From assembly GCA_045642525.1 (NCBI GenBank), contig JAZUIZ010000039.1:13174-77173 (forward strand): a stretch of DNA of 64,000 bases, written 5' to 3'. This document shows positions 45,188 through 54,968 of the stretch, piece after piece. This DNA is from Erysipelotrichaceae bacterium. Its GTDB lineage: Bacteria > Bacillota_I > Bacilli_A > Erysipelotrichales > Erysipelotrichaceae. Position 1 is the stretch's first letter; the number at the start of each line of letters is the position of its first letter. The notes under the pieces were generated by a model. The model saw nothing but the letters and a program-made list of their open reading frames with translations, did not search any database and was not told where the DNA came from. The position numbers were made by a program, and so were the translations under genes.

Positions 45188-46830
45188 TGCGTAATGACAA
45201 GCTTAAAGATTCTTTACTAATGGGAGCTCTTGCGAGTTCTTTTGGTTTTTTTCTTTCTAAAGTATTAGGCCTATTTTATTATTCTCCATTATCTGCGATT
45301 GCAGGGGAATCAAATATGGCATTTTATTCTTTTGCTTATACTTATTATGATTTGTTATTGCAAATATCTAGTGCTGGTATTCCTTTCGCAATATCAGCTT
45401 TAGTTGCGAAGTATGTATCTAAGAAAGATTATAAAACAGTATTGTTAGTTAAGAAACTTGGCATCTCTTTGATAATGGCTTTAAGTTTTGTTGTTGGAAT
45501 ACTATTTTTCTTGTTTGCTACTCCACTCGCAGAACAATCTTTAGGTGCATCTGCGCCTGTAGAAGATGTAGAAAATCTAAAAAAACTATTCTATATATTA
45601 ACAATCGCTGTTATTTTAGTTCCTTTTTTAAGTTCTATTAGGGGCTATGCTCAGGGGCTTAAAAGATTAGATATATATGGGGCATCTCAAGTATTGGAAC
45701 AATTAGTAAGAGTAGTGTCTATAATATTTTGTTCATGGTTAGTAGTAACAGTAATTGGATACGATAGTATATGGGCAATATATGTTGCTATTGCAGCAGC
45801 ATCATTTGGTGCTTTAATTGCTATTATATTTACTAAATATTTTTCCAAGTCAGAGAATAAAAAAATAATTGAATTAGCTGATCAACAAGAATTTGATACT
45901 GGAAAAACTAAGAAAGAAATAATTAGTGAAATATTATCAATCGGTGTTCCATATTTAATTATTTCTTTTTTAGGAACTATGGGTCCATTAATCAATACAA
46001 CATTTTTTATGGATTACATGACTAAAGTAAATGGTCCGGCTATATACGAAAGTGCAAAGTTATCTTCTGGTATCTTACAAGCAAATATTGCTAAGATTTC
46101 GAATATTCCATCTGTTTTAGCGTTAGGTTTCGGATCTGGTATGGTTCCATATCTTTCTGAGTCATTAGAAGAAAAAGATGACAGAAAAATCACAAGATAT
46201 ATAAATCAAATACTTGATTTAGCATTTATTGTGCTAATACCTATGATTGTGATATTTGCATTTTTTGCTAAAGATATTTATTTTATTATGTACGGAAATA
46301 ATAACCTTGAACTAAGCGCGAATTTATTTGCCGTAAGTAACATTCAAATATTTTTAGGAACTGTTGCACCAATCTTTTCATCGATAATGATGTCTTTAAA
46401 ATTAAGAAAAGAGGCAATTATTACGTTAATAATTAGTTTTTTAGTAAAACTTGTATCATTTTTCCCATTAGTAAAACAATTTGGTGCATATGGTATGATT
46501 TATTCTTCTGGATTATATTATCTTGTACAAATATTGTTGTATTTCTATTGCCTTAAAAAAGAATTTAATATTAATGTTAGAGGAACATCAAAAAGATTCT
46601 TCACAATTACTATGTGTTCTATCGCAATGGTTGTTCCCGCTTATATAATTTATCTATTTATTCCTTTTGATTACACAAGTAGAATAGTTGACATTGGGAT
46701 AATGTGTGGATTAGGAATTATAATGCTTGTGTTGTATTATTTGTTAACGAAGAAATTTGGATTGTTATCCAAGATATTCAATATGGAAGATGTATCAATA
46801 AAAAAATTAATCGCTAAAATTAGATCTTAA
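45187..46830 (+). CDS. MOP-superfamily flippase (MurJ/YtgP/SpoVB-like polysaccharide or lipid II exporter)
   Basis: About 14 predicted hydrophobic segments, 547 aa, N-terminal region typical of MviN/polysaccharide biosynthesis proteins. TAATG overlap with the upstream gene. Confidence 0.7.
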   Translation: MRNDKLKDSLLMGALASSFGFFLSKVLGLFYYSPLSAIAGESNMAFYSFAYTYYDLLLQISSAGIPFAISALVAKYVSKKDYKTVLLVKKLGISLIMALSFVVGILFFLFATPLAEQSLGASAPVEDVENLKKLFYILTIAVILVPFLSSIRGYAQGLKRLDIYGASQVLEQLVRVVSIIFCSWLVVTVIGYDSIWAIYVAIAAASFGALIAIIFTKYFSKSENKKIIELADQQEFDTGKTKKEIISEILSIGVPYLIISFLGTMGPLINTTFFMDYMTKVNGPAIYESAKLSSGILQANIAKISNIPSVLALGFGSGMVPYLSESLEEKDDRKITRYINQILDLAFIVLIPMIVIFAFFAKDIYFIMYGNNNLELSANLFAVSNIQIFLGTVAPIFSSIMMSLKLRKEAIITLIISFLVKLVSFFPLVKQFGAYGMIYSSGLYYLVQILLYFYCLKKEFNINVRGTSKRFFTITMCSIAMVVPAYIIYLFIPFDYTSRIVDIGIMCGLGIIMLVLYYLLTKKFGLLSKIFNMEDVSIKKLIAKIRS

Positions 46831-47676
46831 ATAATTAATAGCTTCATCAATCAAAGATGGTGGTGTAGATGCACCAGCTGTAACATAAATATTATTTACA
46901 CCAACTATATCTTGTAGGTTAATATCTTTATAGTTTTGTATCAACAAAACTTTTTTTATTCCATGGTTTAGTGCTATATTTACTAGTTTGTTTGTGTTGT
47001 TCGATTTATTATCACCAACAACATACAATAAATCGCAATTTTTTAAATTAGTTATAGCTTCTTGCCTTGCGGATGTTGCATTGCATATTTCTTCTTGAAC
47101 AATAACATTAGGATATTTTTGTTTTACGATGTCAATCATATCTTTAAGTTCTAAATAAGACATTGTGGTCTGATTAGTTAGAAATAATTTATTATTATCT
47201 ATTTTTAAATCATTGATATCGTTTGGGCTTGTTATTAAGTGAATTTTATCTGACAAAGATAACACAGCTGCAGCTTCTGGGTGTCTTGATTTGCCAAAAT
47301 ACAAAACATCATATCCCTTATTGACGAAATCTAATATAATATTTTGAGTTTTTAATACATCTGTACATGTTGCATCGACATATGTTAAACCTTTGGCAAT
47401 GGCTTTTTGTTTTATTTTTTTAGATATTCCATGTGCTGTAAAAATAACAATTCCTTCATTAATATCATCTAAAAGTTCTTCCTTTGTCTTATTTGTATCA
47501 TCTAAAGTAATTATTCCTAATTCTTCTAATTCTTTAGAAACAAATGAATTGTGGACCAACATTCCCAAAACATATATCCTTTTATCTGGATTATTTAATC
47601 TAGTTTGTTTCGCTAATTTAATCGCATTAACTACTCCCTTACAATAACCGCTAGGTATAACCTTCTTTATTTCCAT
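46807..47676 (-). CDS. ispH: 4-hydroxy-3-methylbut-2-enyl diphosphate reductase
   Basis: MEIKKVIPSGYCKGVVNAI, FTAHGIS, NATSARQ and TAGASTP motifs. 289 aa. Confidence 0.88.
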   Translation of the reverse strand: MEIKKVIPSGYCKGVVNAIKLAKQTRLNNPDKRIYVLGMLVHNSFVSKELEELGIITLDDTNKTKEELLDDINEGIVIFTAHGISKKIKQKAIAKGLTYVDATCTDVLKTQNIILDFVNKGYDVLYFGKSRHPEAAAVLSLSDKIHLITSPNDINDLKIDNNKLFLTNQTTMSYLELKDMIDIVKQKYPNVIVQEEICNATSARQEAITNLKNCDLLYVVGDNKSNNTNKLVNIALNHGIKKVLLIQNYKDINLQDIVGVNNIYVTAGASTPPSLIDEAINYLRSNFSD

Positions 47677-47683
47677 ATATTTA

Positions 47684-47693
47684 TATTATAATA
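47684..47693. promoter_or_regulatory. Palindromic TATTATAATA in the 26-bp gap between divergent ispH and the helicase gene
   Basis: Reads TATAAT on both strands: 47687-47692 on plus and 47690-47685 on minus. These lie 10 nt and 8 nt from the respective ATGs. No SD on either side. Confidence 0.35.
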
Positions 47694-47702
47694 TTAGTTG
47701 TT

Positions 47703-49040
47703 ATGAATAAGAATTTGAAAGAAACTACAAGGGAATTTATAGAAAAAAATGGGTTCAAAGAGCTAACTAGTGTTCAGAATGAAGTTTTAAAATATGCAAA
47801 TTCTCATAAGGATATAATTGCTTTATCGAATACTGGTACTGGCAAAACACACGCATATTTAATCCCTATTATGGAAATGATTAACACAAAGTCAGATAAG
47901 ACACAAGTAGTAATCTCTCTTCCTACAAGGGAATTAGCTTATCAAGTTAACCAAAACTGTAAGTTGATGCAAGAGGTTTTCCCTGATTTAAGAATTCAAT
48001 TATTAGCTGGCGGAACTGACAAAAAAAGAAGTATAGCTAAATTTGATAAAGTTCCTCATATTGTAATTGGTACACCAGGTAGAATAAAAGATTTATTTTT
48101 ATCAAATGTTTTAAGAGTGGACTTTGTACAAATGTTCGTTATAGATGAAGCTGACATGACATTAGAATATGGCTTTTTAGAGGATATAGATATAGTGTTC
48201 TCACATATGGTTAAAAATCCTCAAGTATTATGTTTTAGTGCAACATTCCCTGAAGAATTAAGTGTATTTGTAAAGAAATATTTAAATAATCCAAAAACAA
48301 TTAAGGTGGTTGATAAAAAAAGAGAGCCACGTATTAACCATGTATTAGTTAATTGTAAGCATAAGGATTATAAAGAACAGGCCTTTGATATCTTAAAAGG
48401 TTTCAAACCTTATGTTTGTTTAATATTTGCAAATTCAAAAGAATATGCTGATGAGACTTATGAATATTTAAACAACCATGGTGTTAAGGCGCTATTACTT
48501 CATGGTGGTTTGGATTCTAGAACAAGAACAAAAGCAATAAAGGATTTGCAGGCAAAAAAATACACTTATGTAATTGCATCTGATGTTGCATCACGTGGAA
48601 TTGATATTGATGGTATTAGTCATGTCATTTCTATGGGCTTACCAAAACAATTACAATTTTATACTCACCGTGCAGGCAGAACCGGAAGAAACGGAAAAGA
48701 CGGAACATGCTATTTACTATATAAAGAAGAAGATATACCGCAAGTAAAATTATTGAACAAAAAAGGTATTAATTTTACTGCAATGGAATATAAACGTGGA
48801 GCTTGGAAAAACTCTAACAATCCTACAAAGAAAAGACAAATACGAATAAATATAGAAGACAAAGAAATTGCTAAAACTTTACATAGAAAAAATGAAAAAG
48901 TAAAGCCTAACTATAAAAAGAAAAAGAAACTTGAAATAGAAAAGATTAAACGTAAAAAAAGAAGAGAATATATCCAAAATAAAATTAAAGAACAACGAAA
49001 AGAAAGATATAAAAAACAACAACGCGAAAAGAATTCATGA
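47703..49040 (+). CDS. DEAD-box ATP-dependent RNA helicase with a Lys/Arg-rich C-terminal tail
   Basis: Motifs SNTGTGKTHAY, PTRELA, TPGR, DEAD, SAT, ARGIDI, HRAGRTGR. The last 70 or so residues are K/R/E-rich. Confidence 0.92.
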   Translation: MNKNLKETTREFIEKNGFKELTSVQNEVLKYANSHKDIIALSNTGTGKTHAYLIPIMEMINTKSDKTQVVISLPTRELAYQVNQNCKLMQEVFPDLRIQLLAGGTDKKRSIAKFDKVPHIVIGTPGRIKDLFLSNVLRVDFVQMFVIDEADMTLEYGFLEDIDIVFSHMVKNPQVLCFSATFPEELSVFVKKYLNNPKTIKVVDKKREPRINHVLVNCKHKDYKEQAFDILKGFKPYVCLIFANSKEYADETYEYLNNHGVKALLLHGGLDSRTRTKAIKDLQAKKYTYVIASDVASRGIDIDGISHVISMGLPKQLQFYTHRAGRTGRNGKDGTCYLLYKEEDIPQVKLLNKKGINFTAMEYKRGAWKNSNNPTKKRQIRINIEDKEIAKTLHRKNEKVKPNYKKKKKLEIEKIKRKKRREYIQNKIKEQRKERYKKQQREKNS

Positions 49041-50338
49041 AAATAGGTTTTGTGTCTTTAGGCTGTGCTAAAAATTTAGTCGATAGTGAATACATTATCG
49101 GTTTATTTGACGATCCATTTTTTGAATATGAAGCTAATTTAAAAGAGTGCGATGCTATTGTAATTAATACATGTGGTTTTATTCGAAGCGCTAAAGAAGA
49201 AACAATAGATACAATACTTGAAATAGCCGATTATAAGAATAATAAACTTAAAAAATTAATTGTAACTGGATGTTTTGTTGAAAGATATTTTGATGATTGT
49301 ATAAATGAATTTCCTGAAGTGGACTTATTTGTAAAAATAAGTAATTATAATGATCTTCCTAATAAATTATCAGAATTATTTAATCATAAATTTAATAATT
49401 ATTATGGAAAGAATAGAAAACTGGTAAACAATAATTACACTGCATATTTGAAAATATCTGATGGATGTGACAACAGATGTGCATATTGTGCCATTCCTTT
49501 AATTAGAGGAAATTGTAAATCTTATTCTATTGAAGAAAATGTTCAAGAGGCTAAAAGGTTATTAGAACTTGGTGTTAAAGAATTAAATATCGTTGCACAA
49601 GACACTACATATTATGGTAATGACATATACAATGAATATAAATTAAAAGATTTGATTATTGAATTAAACAAGCTTGATTTTAAATGGATAAGAATTTTAT
49701 ACATGTATCCAGATGAGATTAAAGAGGACTTGTTAATTGCAATGAAAAAATGTGACAGAGTTTTGCCGTATTTTGATATACCTGTTCAGTACGGAAATGA
49801 CGAAATGCTTAAATACATGAATAGAAGGGGTAGTGTTCAATTAATCAAAGACAAAATTAAAATGATTAGATCATATTTTCCTAATGCTATTATTAGAACT
49901 ACTTTGATTGTTGGTTTTCCTCATGAAACAGATAAGACTTTTTCAGATACAATTGATTTTGTAAAAGAAATACGTTTTGATTCTTTGGGTGCTTTTACTT
50001 ATTCTAGAGAAGAAGATACTAAATCATATGAAATGGATGAACAAGTTTCAGAACAAGTAAAACAGGAAAGATATGAATATTTAATGCTTACTCAAAAAGA
50101 AATAATTGATGAGATTAATTCTAAACGTATTGGAATGGTCTATGAAACTTTGATTGAAAGATATGAATCATTATTTGATAGATATATAGGAAGAACTTAT
50201 ATGTCGGCGCCAGATGGAATTGATGGGGTTGTATATATTAAAACTGATAAATTATTAGATATTGGTTCATATTATAATGTCAAAATAATTGATAAAAATG
50301 GTTATGATTTGATTGGTATAATTGAAGTAGAGGGGTAA
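49037..50338 (+). CDS. rimO: Ribosomal protein S12 methylthiotransferase (radical SAM MTTase)
   Basis: MKIGFVSLGCAKNLVDSEY N-terminus, radical SAM CDNRCAYCAIP, C-terminal TRAM-like domain, 433 aa. Confidence 0.75.
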   Translation: MKIGFVSLGCAKNLVDSEYIIGLFDDPFFEYEANLKECDAIVINTCGFIRSAKEETIDTILEIADYKNNKLKKLIVTGCFVERYFDDCINEFPEVDLFVKISNYNDLPNKLSELFNHKFNNYYGKNRKLVNNNYTAYLKISDGCDNRCAYCAIPLIRGNCKSYSIEENVQEAKRLLELGVKELNIVAQDTTYYGNDIYNEYKLKDLIIELNKLDFKWIRILYMYPDEIKEDLLIAMKKCDRVLPYFDIPVQYGNDEMLKYMNRRGSVQLIKDKIKMIRSYFPNAIIRTTLIVGFPHETDKTFSDTIDFVKEIRFDSLGAFTYSREEDTKSYEMDEQVSEQVKQERYEYLMLTQKEIIDEINSKRIGMVYETLIERYESLFDRYIGRTYMSAPDGIDGVVYIKTDKLLDIGSYYNVKIIDKNGYDLIGIIEVEG

Positions 50339-50343
50339 GTATT

Positions 50344-51249
50344 ATGAATTATTATGTTGGGATTGATTTAGGCGGAACAAACGTTCGTATTGCAAAAGTT
50401 GATGAAAATGGAAAGATTATAAAAGATGTTATTGCTCCTTCACGTGGATTAGAGGGCCCAAAAATAATTGAAGAGAATATTTTGGAGTTAATAAAACAAT
50501 TTGATTTAAGCGATGTTAAATCTATTGGTTTAGCAATTCCTGGACCAGTTGATGGGCAAAGGAATGTTATTACTCAAGCAACTAATATACCTGGCTGTGA
50601 AGAATATCCTTTTGCTGATAACATACAAAAAGTTACGGGTGTCCCAGTATTTTTAGATAACGATGCTAATGCTGCTGGATTAGCTGAGGCAGTATTAGGT
50701 TCTGGCAAAGGTTACAATGTAGTTTATTATTTAACTCATTCTACAGGCATTGGAGGCGGTCTAATTATTAATGGTCATGTTATTCAAGGACATAAGGGAT
50801 ATGCCGGAGAGGTTGCAAATGTTATTGTTGATCCAAATGCAAAGCAATTTGAAAATTATAAAAATTTAAATAAAGGTGGAGTAGAAACTGTTGCTTCAGG
50901 AACTGCTCTTGGATTATTTGGAAAAGAAATTTTAGGTGAAAAAGGAGATAGTGCTAGAAAAGTGTTTGCTTTAGCTAAAGAAGGCAATAAAGATGCACAG
51001 AACTTAATTGACAAAATGTCTAAAGATTTCGCAACATGTTTAAGTGCAATATCAGCTGTTGTTGCACCTGATTGTTTTGTAATCGGTGGAGGATGTTCTC
51101 ATTCATCTGATTTATACTTTGATAAGATTAGAGAGTACTTTAAAACAATGGCACATCCTGGAATGAGAGATGTTCCAATCCTAAAAGCAACGTTAGAAGA
51201 ACCAGGTGTTCTTGGCGCGGCTATGATAGGAAAATCACATATAGGATAG
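50344..51249 (+). CDS. ROK-family sugar kinase (glucokinase-like)
   Basis: YVGIDLGGTNVRIA, DNDANAAGLAE, GIGGGLIING. The usual ROK CxCGxxGC zinc motif is not visible, so this is a variant ROK. Confidence 0.7.
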   Translation: MNYYVGIDLGGTNVRIAKVDENGKIIKDVIAPSRGLEGPKIIEENILELIKQFDLSDVKSIGLAIPGPVDGQRNVITQATNIPGCEEYPFADNIQKVTGVPVFLDNDANAAGLAEAVLGSGKGYNVVYYLTHSTGIGGGLIINGHVIQGHKGYAGEVANVIVDPNAKQFENYKNLNKGGVETVASGTALGLFGKEILGEKGDSARKVFALAKEGNKDAQNLIDKMSKDFATCLSAISAVVAPDCFVIGGGCSHSSDLYFDKIREYFKTMAHPGMRDVPILKATLEEPGVLGAAMIGKSHIG

Positions 51250-51255
51250 ATTGAT

Positions 51256-52533
51256 ATGAAATATATAGAGCTAAAAGAATATATTAATAGTGATTCAATA
51301 AATGAATCATTGGCTAAAATAATTTGTGATAATGATGTTTTAAACGAGAAAAAAAGATATCTCGATTTATTAGAAAAAGCATATAGAACTTTTGGCGATG
51401 GAGATTATCATTTTATTTCTTCCCCCGGAAGAAGTGAAGTTGGTGGAAATCATACCGATCATCAACATGGACATGTCATTGCTTGTAGTTTAAATATTGA
51501 TAATTTAGCAATCGTTAAAAAAAATAATACAGATATTGTTAATTATATATATGATAATAATTCAAATATAAAAGTTGATTTATCTAACTTACAAATTAAC
51601 AAAGATGAATACAATACTTCTAATTCATTAATTAGGGGGATTGGCGCGAGATTAATCGAATTAGGACACACGATTGGTGGTTTTGATGCTATATGCGATT
51701 CTCGTGTTTTGGTTGGTTCTGGCATATCTTCTTCAGCTTGTTTTGAAGTGATGATTGTTGAAATATTTAATGCTTTATTTAACAATGAAACAATTAATGA
51801 TATTGATAGAGCAATTATTAGCCAATATGCAGAAAATGTTTATTTTGGAAAGCCAAGTGGTTTAATGGATCAAATGGCAATTTCTGTTGGCAGTTTTATT
51901 TCAATTGATTTCAAAAATCCAAATAAACCTATTATTGAAAAATATCCATTTTCTTTTAGTGATTACGGCTATGAATTTGTTTTGATTAACACAAAAGGCG
52001 ATCATGCAGATTTATCTCATGAGTATGCTGCAATCACAAGTGAAATTAAGTCGGTGGCCAAACAGTTAGGCGTTGAATATTTAGCTGATAGTTCAATTGA
52101 TAAACTATTAAATAATTTAAGTGATATACGTAAAACTGTAAATAACGATAGAGCAGTATTGAGATCTTTGCATTTCTTCAAAGAGGATGAACGTGCTATT
52201 AAACAAAAGGATGCAATTAAAAACCTAGATATTCAATCATTATTAAAATTGATGAGAGAATCTGGAAAATCTTCATATGAGTATTTACAAAATGTATATC
52301 CTGCATCAAGGCCTTCTTCACAGTCTTTAGCAATAGGCTTATTTCTAGCTGATTGTTTTATTAAAGATGATGGTGCATATAGAGTGCATGGTGGTGGCTT
52401 TGATGGCACAATACAAGTAATTGTTAAAAAAGAAAAATTGTCTGAGTTTAGAAAAGTCATAGAATCAACATTTGGTTTAGATAGTATGATGGTCGTTAAA
52501 GTAAGACAGTTTGGTACAAAATTAGTTATATAG
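51256..52533 (+). CDS. GHMP kinase of the galactokinase family
   Basis: Galactokinase-signature-like PGRSEVGGNHTDH, GHMP motif GSGISSSA, C-terminal HGGGFDGT. Confidence 0.7.
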   Translation: MKYIELKEYINSDSINESLAKIICDNDVLNEKKRYLDLLEKAYRTFGDGDYHFISSPGRSEVGGNHTDHQHGHVIACSLNIDNLAIVKKNNTDIVNYIYDNNSNIKVDLSNLQINKDEYNTSNSLIRGIGARLIELGHTIGGFDAICDSRVLVGSGISSSACFEVMIVEIFNALFNNETINDIDRAIISQYAENVYFGKPSGLMDQMAISVGSFISIDFKNPNKPIIEKYPFSFSDYGYEFVLINTKGDHADLSHEYAAITSEIKSVAKQLGVEYLADSSIDKLLNNLSDIRKTVNNDRAVLRSLHFFKEDERAIKQKDAIKNLDIQSLLKLMRESGKSSYEYLQNVYPASRPSSQSLAIGLFLADCFIKDDGAYRVHGGGFDGTIQVIVKKEKLSEFRKVIESTFGLDSMMVVKVRQFGTKLVI

Positions 52534-52544
52534 ATGGAGTTAAT

Positions 52545-53792
52545 ATGTTTAAAATAAAAAAAGAGATGTTAGAAGAATATGCTTTATTGGCTGTTAAAAT
52601 AGGAGTTAATGTACAAAAGGGACAACCATTATTAATTCAAGCACCGGTTGAAGCGTATGATTTAGTTAGAGAATGTGTACGCGTAGCATATAAACAAGGA
52701 TGTTCAAATGTTACGGTTGATTATGATGACGATGTTAAAACAAGATTAGATTATGAATCACGTACAGTAGAATCTCTATGTGAAATTCCTAATTGGTCCA
52801 TAGAAAAATTAAAATACAATATTTCAAGTAATTATTGCCGTTTAGTAATAATTGGAGAAGATCCAGATTTATTAAATGGTATTGATACTGAAAAAGTTCA
52901 AAAATCTATGATTGCCAGAATGAATGCTAAGAAAGACTACCAATATTATGGAATGAACAATATTGGCCAATGGTCTGTTGTTGCTTATCCAAATTTGGCA
53001 TGGGCACATAAAGTTTTTCCTAATATTAAAGATGATGATGAAGCAATGGAGGTTTTATGGAATGCAATTCTATCCACATCAAGGGTTGAGATAGGAAAAA
53101 CTGAAGACAATTGGAACAAACATAATCTAGAGATTGAAGCTCATTGCAAGAAATTAAATGATTTCAATTTTAAATCGTTACATTTTACAAATGATATTGG
53201 TACAGATTTAACAATTGGTTTAATCAAAAATCATATTTGGGAAGGCGGTGCAGATAAATCTAGAGGTGCTTTTAAATGCGAATTTAATGCAAACATTCCA
53301 ACTGAAGAAGTATTTACAATGCCAGATAGATTTCACATTGATGGAAAGGTTTATTCAACTAAACCACTAAGTTATAATGGCAATATTATTCCAGAATTTA
53401 ATCTAACCTTTAAGAATGGAAAGGTAATTGATTATGATGCGAATGAAAATAAAGATGTGTTAAAAGGTTTACTTGATACAGATGAAGGAACTAGATCTCT
53501 TGGAGAAGTTGCATTAATTAGTCATGATTCTCCTATTTCCAATAGTAAGATTTTATTTTATGAAACATTATTTGACGAAAATGCTTCGTGCCATTTAGCA
53601 TTGGGCGCGTGTTATCCAACGAATGTAAAATGTGGTTCCGAATTAAGTGAAGATGAACTATATGAACTTGGCGGTAACAAATCTATGGAACATTGTGATT
53701 TTATGTTTGGAAGTAAAGATATGCATATTGTTGGAATAACATATGATGGGCAAGAAATAGTAATATTTGATAAAGGAAACTTTGTTATTTAG
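52545..53792 (+). CDS. M29-family aminopeptidase (AmpS/PepS type)
   Basis: LEEYALLAVKIGVNVQKGQPLLI, EEVFTMP, GEVALI, LFDENASCHLALG. 415 aa. Confidence 0.85.
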   Translation: MFKIKKEMLEEYALLAVKIGVNVQKGQPLLIQAPVEAYDLVRECVRVAYKQGCSNVTVDYDDDVKTRLDYESRTVESLCEIPNWSIEKLKYNISSNYCRLVIIGEDPDLLNGIDTEKVQKSMIARMNAKKDYQYYGMNNIGQWSVVAYPNLAWAHKVFPNIKDDDEAMEVLWNAILSTSRVEIGKTEDNWNKHNLEIEAHCKKLNDFNFKSLHFTNDIGTDLTIGLIKNHIWEGGADKSRGAFKCEFNANIPTEEVFTMPDRFHIDGKVYSTKPLSYNGNIIPEFNLTFKNGKVIDYDANENKDVLKGLLDTDEGTRSLGEVALISHDSPISNSKILFYETLFDENASCHLALGACYPTNVKCGSELSEDELYELGGNKSMEHCDFMFGSKDMHIVGITYDGQEIVIFDKGNFVI

Positions 53793-53824
53793 TTCTTGTA
53801 ATAATAGTGACACTATTAATAAAC

Positions 53825-53856
53825 AAAAAAACGGCTAGTATTTACTAGCCGTTTAT
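53825..53856. terminator. Bidirectional terminator between convergent genes
   Basis: AAACGGCTAGT/ACTAGCCGTTT hairpin with an A-run on the 5' side and T-rich sequence on the 3' side. Confidence 0.85.
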
Positions 53857-53871
53857 TGATTGTTTGTTTGA

Positions 53872-54792
53872 TTATATTACAAATTGATCTAAATATCTTT
53901 TTGATAATTTAATGGATTTTAAGACATCTTTTTGAGTTTTTTCGAAAGCTTTGTCTTCGACCTCGATACATGTAAAGCCATTGTATCCAATATCAGTCAA
54001 TGCACTAACGAATTTTGACCAGTCAACATCTCCGAGTCCTGGAATTTTTGGTGACATAAATTCAAGAGGATATCCCATAATTCCGACTTTGTTCAATCTA
54101 TCTTTGAATAATTTTATATCTTTGTAATGAACATGAAATATTTTATCTTTAAATTCATATATTGGCGCAATGTAGTCAATCATTTGCCATACAAAATGCG
54201 ATGGATCGTAGTTTATACCTAAATACTTTGATGGAAGAATTTTAAATATTTCCTTCCAATTTCTTGGACTAGTCATAATATTTTGACCACCTGGCCATTG
54301 ATCTTTCCCAAATAGCATAGGGCAATTTTCAATAGCAATTTTTACTTTTAAACTTTCTGCTAATTTAATAATAGGAGGCCATACTTTTTTTACTAATTCT
54401 AAATTTTCTTCTAAATTCAAATTTTGATCTCTACCAATAAAAGTAGTAACCATATTAATTTTTAATTTTGCAGATGCTTTAATGACATTTTTTAAATGTT
54501 CAATATTATTTTTTCTTTTCTTTAAATCTCCGTCCATTGTATTTGGATAAAAGGCAAGAGAAGAAATTGTAATATTATGAGTTTTAGCATAATTCAAAAC
54601 ATGTTGTGCATATTTGTCATCTTTTAATACTTTTTCAACATCAATATGACTAACCCCTGCATATCTTCTTTCAGCTTTTCCCTTTGGCCAGCAAGCCACT
54701 TCTGCACATTCAAAGCCCATAGAAGAGATAGTGTCGATCATTTCTTCATAATCGTACTTGTCTAGTATGGCTGTAACTAAACCCATTTTCAT
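53872..54792 (-). CDS. Sugar phosphate isomerase/epimerase (xylose isomerase-like TIM barrel)
   Basis: GFECAEV, IAIENCP, INYDPSHF, HVHYKD and CIEVED pattern of AP-endonuclease-2/IolE-like barrels. Confidence 0.75.
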   Translation of the reverse strand: MKMGLVTAILDKYDYEEMIDTISSMGFECAEVACWPKGKAERRYAGVSHIDVEKVLKDDKYAQHVLNYAKTHNITISSLAFYPNTMDGDLKKRKNNIEHLKNVIKASAKLKINMVTTFIGRDQNLNLEENLELVKKVWPPIIKLAESLKVKIAIENCPMLFGKDQWPGGQNIMTSPRNWKEIFKILPSKYLGINYDPSHFVWQMIDYIAPIYEFKDKIFHVHYKDIKLFKDRLNKVGIMGYPLEFMSPKIPGLGDVDWSKFVSALTDIGYNGFTCIEVEDKAFEKTQKDVLKSIKLSKRYLDQFVI

Positions 54793-54968
54793 ATTATTTA
54801 TACCATCCTTATGGTTTTAATTTATCATATTGTGATAATAAATAAAAGACCAATAATAATGGGATAAAATGCTATTATATGTCTTTTTCATGGCTTTTAA
54901 TTTGCTAAATACCATAAAGAAGGATTATTATATATGTGATAGAAATGTGAAAGGAAGCGTTTACATAA

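Noticed and set aside
48830-49037. Lys/Arg-rich low-complexity 3' end of the helicase gene as a possible separate element or frameshift.
   Set aside because: It is in frame and continuous with the helicase. Basic C-terminal tails are common in DEAD-box RNA helicases, and the next gene is coupled by an ATGA overlap.
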